DNA of 19,131 bases from Candidatus Eiseniibacteriota bacterium (GTDB lineage: Bacteria > ARS69). The DNA is taken from the NCBI GenBank assembly GCA_052390515.1, contig JBQTGV010000105.1:1-19131 (forward strand). Reading direction: 5' to 3'. Of the stretch, positions 10,976-19,131 are shown one piece after another (position 1 is the first letter of the stretch; every line of letters starts with the position of its first letter). The position numbers were made by a program, and so were the translations under genes. The notes under the pieces were generated by a model. It was not told where the DNA came from. It searched no databases and saw only the letters and a list, made by a program, of their open reading frames with translations.

Positions 10976-13900
10976 GGCCCACCGTCACCGCGGCCCCCAC
11001 CAGCGGCAACGTCCGGTGCGACGCCGGCGCCTCGAATCCCGCGGTCACCACGAACGGCGCCCACTCTCGCGGGGCCGCCCCGGCGGCCATCGCCTCGAGC
11101 TGCGCGTGCCGCAGGGCCATGTCGGTGGGCACGCCGTCATCGAGGAGTGCGCCGTAGAACGAATCCATCAGGCCGGCAGCGGACCGGTCCGCCACCTCCC
11201 ACAGCGAGATGAGCACGGCACCCGCCCCGGCCTGCAGGAAGGCGCGCGTCAGACCCAGCACCCCTTCGCCCCCGGCGATGCGGCCGAGACCGCTGTTGCA
11301 CGCCGACAGCACCACGAGATCCGCGCCCAGCCCGAGCTGCATCACCTCGTGCGCCTGCAGGAAGCCGTCCTCCGCCGGGTCCTCGTCCTGGGCCAGCGTG
11401 AGCCCCGAGAGCAGCGGCTCATCCTCGTCCAGCAGGCCGTGCGTGGCGAAGTGCAGGTACGTGGCGCCGCCGGCCAGAGCTTTCACCGCTTCCTCCCTCG
11501 CCTCTTCGCCGATCAGGACGGTTGCCTTGCGGAAGCGCGCGGCGACCTTCCGTGCTTCCTCCCCGGCGAAGGGTAGCTCGCCGAAGCGCCAGCCGCGAGC
11601 GTCACGGGCGGCATCCAGCAGCGCGACGGTTCGGTAGGTGGATGGGTTTCCCACGGCGAGCAGCGTCCGCTCGCCGCCCCTCCGCGGCCTGCGCAGCTCC
11701 GCGTCGAGGGCGCTGGCCGACGGCGCCTGCGCCACGGCGTGCTGCTCCACCAGGAAGGAGCTGCCGTCGTGCAGCACGGCGAACGGGAAGTGCAGCAGCG
11801 GACCGTCGGCGACCACGACGAGCCGTGCCGCCGCGCTCAGCTCCGCCGCGACCGGTTCGACCAGCAGAGCGTGCAGCACCTGTGCCGCCCGCGGATCGAA
11901 GCGGTCGGACATCATCGACTCGCGCGCGGCCTGCACGAGCCCGCGCAGCGATTCCGCGCCCAAAGGGATGCGAAGCGCGCGGAAGCGGTCCCGCCCGACG
12001 ACGAAGGCGAAGGTCTGGTCGCTGCCGACCAGATACTCCAGGAGCAACTGGTCGTCGCCCAGGACACGCTTGCGGATCTCCGCCAGGGTGAGCGGAGCAC
12101 TTCCGCGGGAAAGGCCGCCGCCCTGCTCCAGCACCGCGCGGTACTCCCGTGCCTTCGCGTCGACGGCGTCGGTGAGCGAATCCGCGCGCGCCTCCTCCCA
12201 CTGCTCGGCGGACACGGTCTGCGAGAGCTCCGCCTGCAGCGCGGCGAGCTCCGCCGAGAGCTTCCGCTCGCGGTCGCGGAGCGCGGGAGCTGTGGTGTGG
12301 GACGGCGCGTCGGCCCCCGCGGACATCACCTCCAGCAGCACGCGCGCACGCGACCGCTCCGCGACGTCGAACGCCAGCTCGTCCCGGCCGAGCTCGTGCA
12401 GCACCGCGGCACGCCGCACGTAGATTTCCTTCTTGTCGGTGAAGAAGCCGAGGCGAAGCTCCTCCCCGGCCAGGCGCTCACGCACCGACTCCACGATCTC
12501 GACGGCTTCGGCCAGCAGCGAATCCGCGCGGGCCAGCTCGCCGGCGCGCGCACACACGTCCGCCTCATCCACCAGCGCCTCCCGCAGCAGGGAGACAAAA
12601 CCGTGGCGACGTGCAGCGTCGATTGCGTCCGCGTAGAGCCCGCGGGCGACGCCGTCTTCCCCCTTCGCGGCGCAGACTCGCCCGAGGCAGCGCTCGGCTT
12701 CCGCGAGCAGGTAGGGGTGGTCGATGGAGTCGGCCACGGCGCGCGCCCGGGCGAGATCCTCCCGGGCGCGGTCCCAGTCCCCGAGATCCGCGCGCACCTT
12801 TCCCAGGGCGACGAGGATCTCCACCGCGCGGGAACGCACCTCGGTGTCCTGGGCGAGGTGCCAGGCCTGCTCCAGCGGCGCAACCGCGCCGGCCGCATCC
12901 CCGAGGTCGACGTGGGCGAGCGCCATCCCCATGAGCACCGCCGCCTCGTGTCTTGGAGCACCCAACGCGCGTGCGGAAGGCAGCACCTCCTCGAGGTGGC
13001 GCAGGGCCTCGTCCGGACGCCCGAGGGTGAGGTACGTCTCGCCGATCTGCGTCGCGAGCAGCGCCTTCGCTTCCTGGATCCCGGTCTCCTCCGCGAGCAG
13101 CGTGCCATCCTGCAGCACCGAGAGCGCCATGGAGTAGCGCTCGAGCGACTGATAGAGCCACGCCAGCCCGATGATCGTGCCCAGCTCGGCTCCCTTCGCC
13201 CCGATCTCGCGCTGGATCCGGCGCGCCTGCTCTCCCTCGGATATCGCCGCCTCGACCTGCCCCGAGAGCCCGAGCACGTGGGCCAGCATCCCGCGCAGCT
13301 CTCCCTCCCAGTGCCGGCGCTCCGAGGGCGGGACTTGCGGGATCCTCGCGAGGCCTTCCTCCAGATCCTCGCGCGCGGCGTCCAGCTCGCCGCCCTGCGA
13401 CCGGCACTGCGCAATGCTCAGCGTGGCCCAGACCCACGTCCCCCAGTCCCCGGCCTGCTGCGCCGGGTCGAGCACCGCGGACAGCGTGGCGATGCCTTCG
13501 GCAAGGCGGTCCGCGCCGAACTGTGCGCGGCCGATCCACACGCGCAGGTTGAGCGCACCGACGCCGTCGCCCAGATGCTCCGCCATCTCCACCGCCTTCT
13601 CGTACTCGCGAAGTCCCGCATCGGTGGACTCCGTGATGAGCATGCAGCGCGCCCGGACTCGCTGGACGTCCAGCTCGAGGTACGGGTCGGAGGCTCGTGA
13701 CGCGGCGCTCTCCACCGCCGGCAGTGCATCTCGCACCAGATTCCAGCGCGCACCGAGCGCGACGCATTCCCGGTAGCGCTTCCAGCCTTCGACCAGCGCG
13801 GGAAGCCGGCCGGCCGGCAGCGATTCGTGGAAGGCAACGATTCGAAGAGCGAAGGAGTCGGCCAGCGCCTCACGGTACAGTGCGGCCAGCGCGCGCGTCT

Positions 13901-14150
13901 CGACGAGCAGGGCCGCCGCCGAGTCCGCCCGACCGGTGAGCAGGTGCCCGGCTCGTTCGACGAGCAGGTCGCGCACCACGGGTGCTGCGGCGCGCCGTTC
14001 ATCGCCCAGCAGTGACCGCGCCGACGCCGTGTCCGCCGCGGACAGCGCCTGCTCCAGCCGCTCGCGGAGCGGAGGCACCTGCGCCGGAGCCACCTGCACC
14101 AGGCCAAGAGCGACTCCCGCGGCCCACCACGCCGGCCGCGGTATCTTCAC
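10905..14150 (-). CDS. Exported TPR-repeat / CHAT-domain (caspase-like clan CD) protease with C-terminal membrane anchor (1081 aa)
   Basis: Signal peptide MKIPRPAWWAAGVALGLVQVAPA|Q and a long TPR-like helical region. AFDVAERSRARVLLE precedes the CHAT catalytic motifs LHFATHG and LVVLSACNSG, followed by SLWEVAD and WAPFV. The end is a hydrophobic LPLVGAAVTVGLILVAVS followed by RRRR. The GTG start overlaps the upstream TGA. Confidence 0.93.
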   Translation of the reverse strand: MKIPRPAWWAAGVALGLVQVAPAQVPPLRERLEQALSAADTASARSLLGDERRAAAPVVRDLLVERAGHLLTGRADSAAALLVETRALAALYREALADSFALRIVAFHESLPAGRLPALVEGWKRYRECVALGARWNLVRDALPAVESAASRASDPYLELDVQRVRARCMLITESTDAGLREYEKAVEMAEHLGDGVGALNLRVWIGRAQFGADRLAEGIATLSAVLDPAQQAGDWGTWVWATLSIAQCRSQGGELDAAREDLEEGLARIPQVPPSERRHWEGELRGMLAHVLGLSGQVEAAISEGEQARRIQREIGAKGAELGTIIGLAWLYQSLERYSMALSVLQDGTLLAEETGIQEAKALLATQIGETYLTLGRPDEALRHLEEVLPSARALGAPRHEAAVLMGMALAHVDLGDAAGAVAPLEQAWHLAQDTEVRSRAVEILVALGKVRADLGDWDRAREDLARARAVADSIDHPYLLAEAERCLGRVCAAKGEDGVARGLYADAIDAARRHGFVSLLREALVDEADVCARAGELARADSLLAEAVEIVESVRERLAGEELRLGFFTDKKEIYVRRAAVLHELGRDELAFDVAERSRARVLLEVMSAGADAPSHTTAPALRDRERKLSAELAALQAELSQTVSAEQWEEARADSLTDAVDAKAREYRAVLEQGGGLSRGSAPLTLAEIRKRVLGDDQLLLEYLVGSDQTFAFVVGRDRFRALRIPLGAESLRGLVQAARESMMSDRFDPRAAQVLHALLVEPVAAELSAAARLVVVADGPLLHFPFAVLHDGSSFLVEQHAVAQAPSASALDAELRRPRRGGERTLLAVGNPSTYRTVALLDAARDARGWRFGELPFAGEEARKVAARFRKATVLIGEEAREEAVKALAGGATYLHFATHGLLDEDEPLLSGLTLAQDEDPAEDGFLQAHEVMQLGLGADLVVLSACNSGLGRIAGGEGVLGLTRAFLQAGAGAVLISLWEVADRSAAGLMDSFYGALLDDGVPTDMALRHAQLEAMAAGAAPREWAPFVVTAGFEAPASHRTLPLVGAAVTVGLILVAVSRRRRTRSRGGRSARAS

Positions 14151-14884
14151 AGCAACTGGCCCGGAGAGATCTGCACGAGCAGATCATGCGCCTCGCCGGA
14201 GTGGTCGCCGCCCTCGGAGACGTTCTCCTCCAGCACGGCGCGCGCCTCGTCCAGGCGGCCGGCCTTCAGGTACGCGTTGGCCAGCACCCAGGTCCACCTG
14301 GAGTGAAGCTCCTCCGGCGCGCCGGCGGCCGCCGCCTCCAGCGGCTCGATGGCCGACTCCGCGTCGCCGCGCAGCGCCCTGGACAGCCCGAACAGGTACG
14401 CCGCCTCCAGCGCCGAGGGATCCCGCTCCATCGCCGCGCGGAAGCGCTCCTCGGCCTGATCGTGCTCGCCGAGCTCCAGGTAGGAGACCCCGGCCTCGAG
14501 CAGCTCCCGCGTCCCGTCCTCCAGGCTGCCGGCGCGCGTAAGCGCCGACGTCGGCCCCTCGTGCGGAAACGTGGCCAGCTCACGGAGGTCGGGCGTGCGC
14601 GGGCGAAGCAGCAGCACCGCGGCGAAGGCCACCGCCGCCGCCAGCGGCAGCGTCAAGCGCAGGGCCGGCCAGAGCGGGGGCCGTGCCGGCTTCTCCGTGA
14701 CCGCCTCCAGGAGCGCCGTCCCCTTCCCGCGCAACGCATCGGTCGCGGCCGATCCGCGCGAGAGCTCCGCGAAGCATTCGTCGCACTCCAGCGCGTGCGC
14801 TTCGAAGGCGCGGCGCTCGTCCCCCTCGAGCAGACCTTGCTCGTACGCGGCGAGCCGCTCGCGCATCTGCTGGTGCACGTTCAT
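14147..14884 (-). CDS. Zinc-finger (zf-HC2) anti-sigma factor with a transmembrane helix and extracytoplasmic TPR domain (about 245 aa)
   Basis: ATG at 14884 overlaps the sigma TGA (ATGA). LAAYEQGLLEGDERRAFEAHALECDEC contains HxxxCxxC. The TM segment is LTLPLAAAVAFAAVLLL, followed by TPR-like GVSYLELGEHDQAEERF...AAYLFGL...LANAYLKAGRLDEARAVL. Confidence 0.88.
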   Translation of the reverse strand: MNVHQQMRERLAAYEQGLLEGDERRAFEAHALECDECFAELSRGSAATDALRGKGTALLEAVTEKPARPPLWPALRLTLPLAAAVAFAAVLLLRPRTPDLRELATFPHEGPTSALTRAGSLEDGTRELLEAGVSYLELGEHDQAEERFRAAMERDPSALEAAYLFGLSRALRGDAESAIEPLEAAAAGAPEELHSRWTWVLANAYLKAGRLDEARAVLEENVSEGGDHSGEAHDLLVQISPGQLL

Positions 14885-15426
14885 GTTCCCGTCCCTCCGA
14901 GCCTCTCCAGCTCGCGCAGCAGCTTCTCGCGGCAGCGAGAGACGCGGCTGTACGTCGTGCCGATGGCCTCGTCGCCGAACGCGCGGCGGATCTCTTCCCG
15001 GTCGGCGTCGGCCAAGAGGAGCCGGAACAGCCGCTTGCACTCGGGCGTTGCCCTGCGCAGCGCCTTCGCCACCGCCTCCTCGAACTCGATCAGCTCGACG
15101 GCTTCCTCGCCGGCGCGACGATCGGTCAATTTCGCCAGCTCCTCCGGCGAAGCGGCGCGGCTGTCCTGCGCCCATTTCGCCTTCAGGTAGTTGCCCACCT
15201 TGTTGCGCAACACGGCGAGTACCCAGGGGATGAGGCCGTGGGCCAGCTCGGCCTCCTTGTACTTCGCCAGGACGGTGCGGATCGTCTCCTGTGCAATGTC
15301 ATCAGCCGCATCCGCGTCCCACACCCTCCTTTTCGCGGCGGCCACCACCCTTGCATGCAGCTTCTGGAAGAGCCGGTTCTCCGCGTCGCGGTCCCCGCCG
15401 CGCGCACGAGTGAGCAGATCGTCCAT
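14881..15426 (-). CDS. ECF RNA polymerase sigma-70 factor (181 aa)
   Basis: Region 2 is LLTRARGGDRDAENRLF...AADDIAQET...WVLAVLRNKVGNY. Region 4 is REEIRRAFGDEAIGTTYSRVSRCREKL. GGGGA lies upstream of the ATG. Confidence 0.9.
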   Translation of the reverse strand: MDDLLTRARGGDRDAENRLFQKLHARVVAAAKRRVWDADAADDIAQETIRTVLAKYKEAELAHGLIPWVLAVLRNKVGNYLKAKWAQDSRAASPEELAKLTDRRAGEEAVELIEFEEAVAKALRRATPECKRLFRLLLADADREEIRRAFGDEAIGTTYSRVSRCREKLLRELERLGGTGT

Positions 15427-15504
15427 GAGATCCCCGCCGCTGCAAGGAGGCGGCCCGTCCGGAAAAGGGCAGCGTAGGAAGCATCCAACCCGAGGTCAAA
15501 CGAG

Positions 15505-17847
15505 ATGAACGGTTCCTTCCTCCGTGCGCTGCTTTTGGCGGCGTGCTGTCCGGCGGCGAACGCCGCGCCCACCTGGTGGTCGCTGGACACCATGCCCGCG
15601 GGAACGCCGCCGACCGTGCAGTGCCTCACCTCCTCCACCCCGGACCAGACCGTTCTGGACGTGACGCTCCACGGTTTCTGGTACGAGACCCTGACCCAGG
15701 GACAGCAGGCCTTCCAGCGCCTCAGCCTGAACCGCACCCGCGACGAGGCGCTGAGCCGGCAGATCGGCCGGCCGGAGCTGCCCGCCGTGCACCACCTCCT
15801 CGGCAACCTGACCGGCGGGCAGATGCAGGCTCCGTCGGTCACGCCCATCTCCGAGGTGCAGATTCCGGGTGCGGTGATCTGGCCCGCTCAGCCGGTGCTC
15901 ATGGAGGACCAGCAGTCCGGTCCATTCCAGCAGGACACGGCCTTCTACCAGCAGACGAGCTCGGTCTGGCCGGCGGCGCGGGGTGCCGCGCTGGGCACCG
16001 CCGGCCGCTTCGACGGGCTCGATTTGATGGCGGCGGAGACCTACCCCTTCCGTGTCGTCCCCGCCACGCAGACCCTGATCGTGACCCAGCACTACATGGT
16101 GGCGATCGCGCACGCGGGGACCGGTACGCCGGCGACCGAGACGATCACACGTCGGCGCGCGAAACAGTACGAGCTCGCCCTGGACAACTTCGCCGTCGTT
16201 TCGCCCCTTCGCCCGGCGAACGTGCTCGGATACGCCGGCGACTACCTGATCGTCACCGACCCGCTGTTCGTGGAGGAGATCGAGCCGCTGGCGGATCAGA
16301 AGCGGGAGCGCGGCTACACGGTGCTCGTGGCCGACACCGACGAGACCGGCACGACCTGCGCGGAGATCCGGGGCTTCGTCACCGACTGGTGGAGCGCCGC
16401 ACCGGAGAAGGACCACTACGTGCTGCTCGTCGGGGACACCACGTCGGTTCCCCTGTGTCCGTCCGAGAGGCTCACCGGCTCCGACATCCTCTACGCCTGC
16501 GTGGACGGGCTCGCCGCCGACGGGCTCCCGGACGTCTACCCGGAGGCGCGCCTCGGCCGCTTCCCCTGCGTCACGGAGTCCGAGTGCACGCAGATGGTGA
16601 CCAAGACCTTGACCTACGAGGACGACTACGACTTCACCGACACCTGGCTCTCCGAGGTGGTGCTGGCCTGCCACGAGGAGGCGGACCTGGTCTACCCGGA
16701 CCAGTACCGCGACGCGCAGGAGACGGTGCGTGCGTATCCGTTCACGAGTCCGCCATCCTTCACCACGCGGTACGGCCAGGACGGCGCCACCGACGCGGAG
16801 GTGCGCAGCGACGTGAACGGCGACATCGGCCTCCTGTGCTACCGCGGCCACGGCAGTTCGGATTCCTGGAGCGGGGACTGGAACCTGGCCAACGAGAGCT
16901 TCGACACGTTCGACGTCGGGCTGCTGACCAACCAGCCGAACACGCCGGTCGTCTTCTCCATCGCCTGCCTGAACAACTCCATCAGCACTTTCGAGTGCAT
17001 CGGGGAGAAGTGGATGAAGACGACGGGGCGGTCGGTGGCGCACTTCGCCGCTTCGCACTGCACGTCCCGGGACGCCAACGACCTGCTGGACCTGGAGCTG
17101 TTCGAGACGATCTACGAGGACGGCCACCGGATCCTGGGCGAAGCGATAGCCGCGGCGCACGCCGCCACCATGATCTCCTTCCCGGTCGAGGGCGAGGCGA
17201 ACGCCTGGCAGTACCTGCTGCTCGGGGATCCGGAGCTGGAGGTGTGGACCGCCGCTCCGCCGCCGCTCTTCGTGCTGGCCGACGTGAGCGAGGTGTCTAC
17301 GGGACCAACGACCGTCGTGGTGACGGTGAGCGGAAGCTCGGCGCGGTCCGCGACGGGCGTGTCGATGGCGACGGTCGCGGTGTGGAAGGACGGCGAGGTG
17401 TCCGAGGCGCTCTACACGGACGCGATGGGACAGGTGTCGGTGCCGGTCGATCCGCAGACGCCGGGCACGCTCACCATTACGGCGTACACCGAGCTCGGGC
17501 CCGAGGGGGTCGGTGCGCTGACGATTCCGGTGACCGGGCCGACGGCGGCGCTGGACGTGGCGGCGGCGGCGACGCTTCGCCTCGGGCCGGTGGCCCCGAA
17601 CCCGTCGCGCGAGCGAGTCGTGGTGCCTTTCACTCTGCCGGCGGCGGGACGTGCGAAGCTCGAGGTGATCGATGCTTCGGGGCGGCGCGTGGCGAAGCTG
17701 GCGGATGAGGTGGCCGCGGCCGGCGCGTATGCACGTGCGTGGAACGGACGCGGGGCTGACGGCAGGGTCGCCGCTCCCGGCGTGTACTTCCTGCGGCTGA
17801 CACACGCCGGCGCGACGCGGACGGCGAAGGTGACGCTGGTACGGTGA
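15505..17847 (+). CDS. Secreted gingipain-like peptidase C25 with propeptide, Ig-like domain and FlgD-like C-terminal domain (780 aa)
   Basis: Signal peptide and propeptide motif GRPELP. C25 motifs are YLIVT, YVLLVGD, SDILY, LGRFP, catalytic YRGHG (about 16840-16854), FSIACLN (Cys at 16966-16968) and YLLLGDP. The tail is APNPS...WNGRGADGRVAAPGVYFLR...KVTLVR. RBS GAGGT. Confidence 0.92.
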   Translation: MNGSFLRALLLAACCPAANAAPTWWSLDTMPAGTPPTVQCLTSSTPDQTVLDVTLHGFWYETLTQGQQAFQRLSLNRTRDEALSRQIGRPELPAVHHLLGNLTGGQMQAPSVTPISEVQIPGAVIWPAQPVLMEDQQSGPFQQDTAFYQQTSSVWPAARGAALGTAGRFDGLDLMAAETYPFRVVPATQTLIVTQHYMVAIAHAGTGTPATETITRRRAKQYELALDNFAVVSPLRPANVLGYAGDYLIVTDPLFVEEIEPLADQKRERGYTVLVADTDETGTTCAEIRGFVTDWWSAAPEKDHYVLLVGDTTSVPLCPSERLTGSDILYACVDGLAADGLPDVYPEARLGRFPCVTESECTQMVTKTLTYEDDYDFTDTWLSEVVLACHEEADLVYPDQYRDAQETVRAYPFTSPPSFTTRYGQDGATDAEVRSDVNGDIGLLCYRGHGSSDSWSGDWNLANESFDTFDVGLLTNQPNTPVVFSIACLNNSISTFECIGEKWMKTTGRSVAHFAASHCTSRDANDLLDLELFETIYEDGHRILGEAIAAAHAATMISFPVEGEANAWQYLLLGDPELEVWTAAPPPLFVLADVSEVSTGPTTVVVTVSGSSARSATGVSMATVAVWKDGEVSEALYTDAMGQVSVPVDPQTPGTLTITAYTELGPEGVGALTIPVTGPTAALDVAAAATLRLGPVAPNPSRERVVVPFTLPAAGRAKLEVIDASGRRVAKLADEVAAAGAYARAWNGRGADGRVAAPGVYFLRLTHAGATRTAKVTLVR

Positions 17848-17854
17848 TTCGGCG

Positions 17855-19131
17855 CTACTGCGAGCGGTGCGGTTCGGAGAGGTGCCTGCGGATCTCCTGC
17901 GCGAGGCCCGCTCCGTCGAGCCCCTGCGCGTGAGGCAGCCGGCCGCCGAGCTGGTGCATGAAGAACTCGGGGGCCGGCGGCTCGCCGGCCTCCCACACCA
18001 CTCCCGGCGGATAGACCAGGTACACGTCCCAGGCCGGCTCGGTGGTGAGATGTATGGCCGGCTGGAACGCTTCGCCCAGCTCCGTGCCGTCCGTCCAGTA
18101 GTTCACCACCCGAGCATCCGGGAGAAGTGCCGTGGCCTTGCGCGCGGACCGCTCATCGTCCGTGCGGAGAATCGGCTCCCACACGGCGTAGACCACCAAG
18201 TTTGCGTCGGCCACTTCATCGAGAACATGCTCTCGCACCTCCCGGGCGCCTCGTTGGCAGCCGGGTCAGGTCGGCGAGAGGAGCATCAAGAGGCGCGTCT
18301 TGTCGCGGTCGGCGTTGAAGCGATCGCGAAGGGGGCGCGCGTCGGACGACAGTTCGGTGACGAGCGAGGGCTCGCCCGCCGCCGTCTCGAGCGCGAGGAA
18401 GTCCTTCGAGAACTGCGGCTCCGCCGTCACCCGGCGAAGCTCGAGCGGTACTTGCTCATCGCCGATCGTGGCGGTTCCGCCGATCCGGCTGCCGTCCTCG
18501 CCCAGCCTGCCCTCGAAGTCCGTCTCGATGGCGGTGAAGTGGAGGCGGATGGTCTCGCCGGCCTCGGAGACCTCGACCGGATAGTCCTCCACCTGGAACT
18601 CCATCAGATCGAACTCGCCGACCCATCGGGAACCGAGCGTTCCGAGGTCGACGACCATCCGCGAGACCTTCCCCTCTCCTGTGGGCAGATCCGTCTCCCA
18701 TTGGCCTCTGATCGAGGGTTCGCCCGCCGCCGGGGTGGCGGTCTTGCCGGCCGCCGGGGTGGCCTCGTCACCGCCGCCCGCAGACGCCAGCTTGTAGCCC
18801 GCGCTCGTCACCGCCGCGGCAAGAGCGGTCCGCGACGGAATGCGCGTGCTCTCCACCCGCAGCGCAGCGGTGCCGGCTTCATAGCCCGCGCCGGCCGCCA
18901 GGACTCCGGGAACCGCGGAGAGCGCCATCTCCACCGCGGCCTCGCAACCCGAGCAGGTCATCCCCTCGACTCCGAGCACGAGCTGTTCCGCGTCTTCGCC
19001 CGGGACCGCCGATGCTCCGCCGGCTCCGACCAGCCCACCGACGTAGCTCGGAAAGGACGCGAAGGCGACGACGAGCTCCGTGGAGATCCTCATCATCACG
19101 CGGTTCGTTCGCAGCCACCGGCGGTTCGACT
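17855..19131 (-). CDS. Probable selenoprotein (5'-partial): MerT-like terminal helix, HMA domain, beta-barrel and thioredoxin-like UxxC domain, with Sec TGA at 18266-18268
   Basis: ORFs 18266..19099 and 17855..18238 share a frame and join as DKTRLLMLLSPT-TGA-PGCQRGAREVREHVLDEVADANLVVYAVWEP. The HMA motif is VEGMTCSGCEAAVEMALSAVPGV. The frame stays open to the window edge (SNRRWLRTNRVMMRISTELVVAFASFPSY). Confidence 0.82.
18241..18265 (-). promoter_or_regulatory. Candidate bacterial SECIS-like hairpin directly 3' of the in-frame UGA
   Basis: The minus strand reads UGA-CCCGG CU GCC AACGA GGC GC CCGGG. CCCGG/CCGGG and GCC/GGC pair around an AACGA loop (folded by eye). Confidence 0.45.
18722..18763 (-). 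repeat. 18-bp direct repeat (1 mismatch) encoding the linker ATPAAG-KT-ATPAAG
   Basis: gcccgccgccggggtggc (18722-18739) and gccggccgccggggtggc (18746-18763), between the HMA and beta-barrel domains. Confidence 0.6.

Noticed and set aside
14885-15175. N-terminal extension of the anti-sigma ORF (342 aa in the track)
   Set aside because: It overlaps the sigma gene out of frame. The ATGA-coupled ATG at 14884 puts the zf-HC2 motif at the N-terminus as expected.
15427-15504. Specific ECF promoter or terminator in the sigma/C25 spacer (ccgcc...ggcgg and gccc...gggc dyads)
   Set aside because: The short GC dyads are expected by chance, and I could not assign a convincing -35/-10 pair.
17855-18268. 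Alternative genetic code (UGA=Trp/Gly) as the explanation for the in-frame TGAs
   Set aside because: TGA is used as a true stop by uvrB, nadC, the sigma, the anti-sigma and the C25 gene, each ending at the expected domain boundary.

Overview
This is a very GC-rich bacterial window, probably from an FCB-superphylum-like lineage (inferred only from the abundance of FlgD/T9SS-like C-terminal tails). It holds a minus-strand housekeeping operon, uvrB-nadC-birA, joined by GTGA overlaps. Four secreted proteins end in a related PNP...GVY(F/L)...basic C-terminal sorting-like domain: an LVIVD double propeller, two Asp-box/BNR propellers and a gingipain-like C25 peptidase. A translationally coupled ECF sigma / zf-HC2 anti-sigma-TPR / TPR-CHAT protease cassette is divergent from the C25 peptidase. 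At the right edge, the ORF track splits one gene in two at an in-frame TGA that sits in a thioredoxin-type U-P-G-C motif. This is a likely selenoprotein fusing a MerT-like helix, an HMA (GMTCSGC) domain, a beta-barrel and a Sec-redoxin domain. There are also two gene remnants (an internally deleted secreted-protein gene and a methyltransferase-like fragment) and two probable leaderless promoters.
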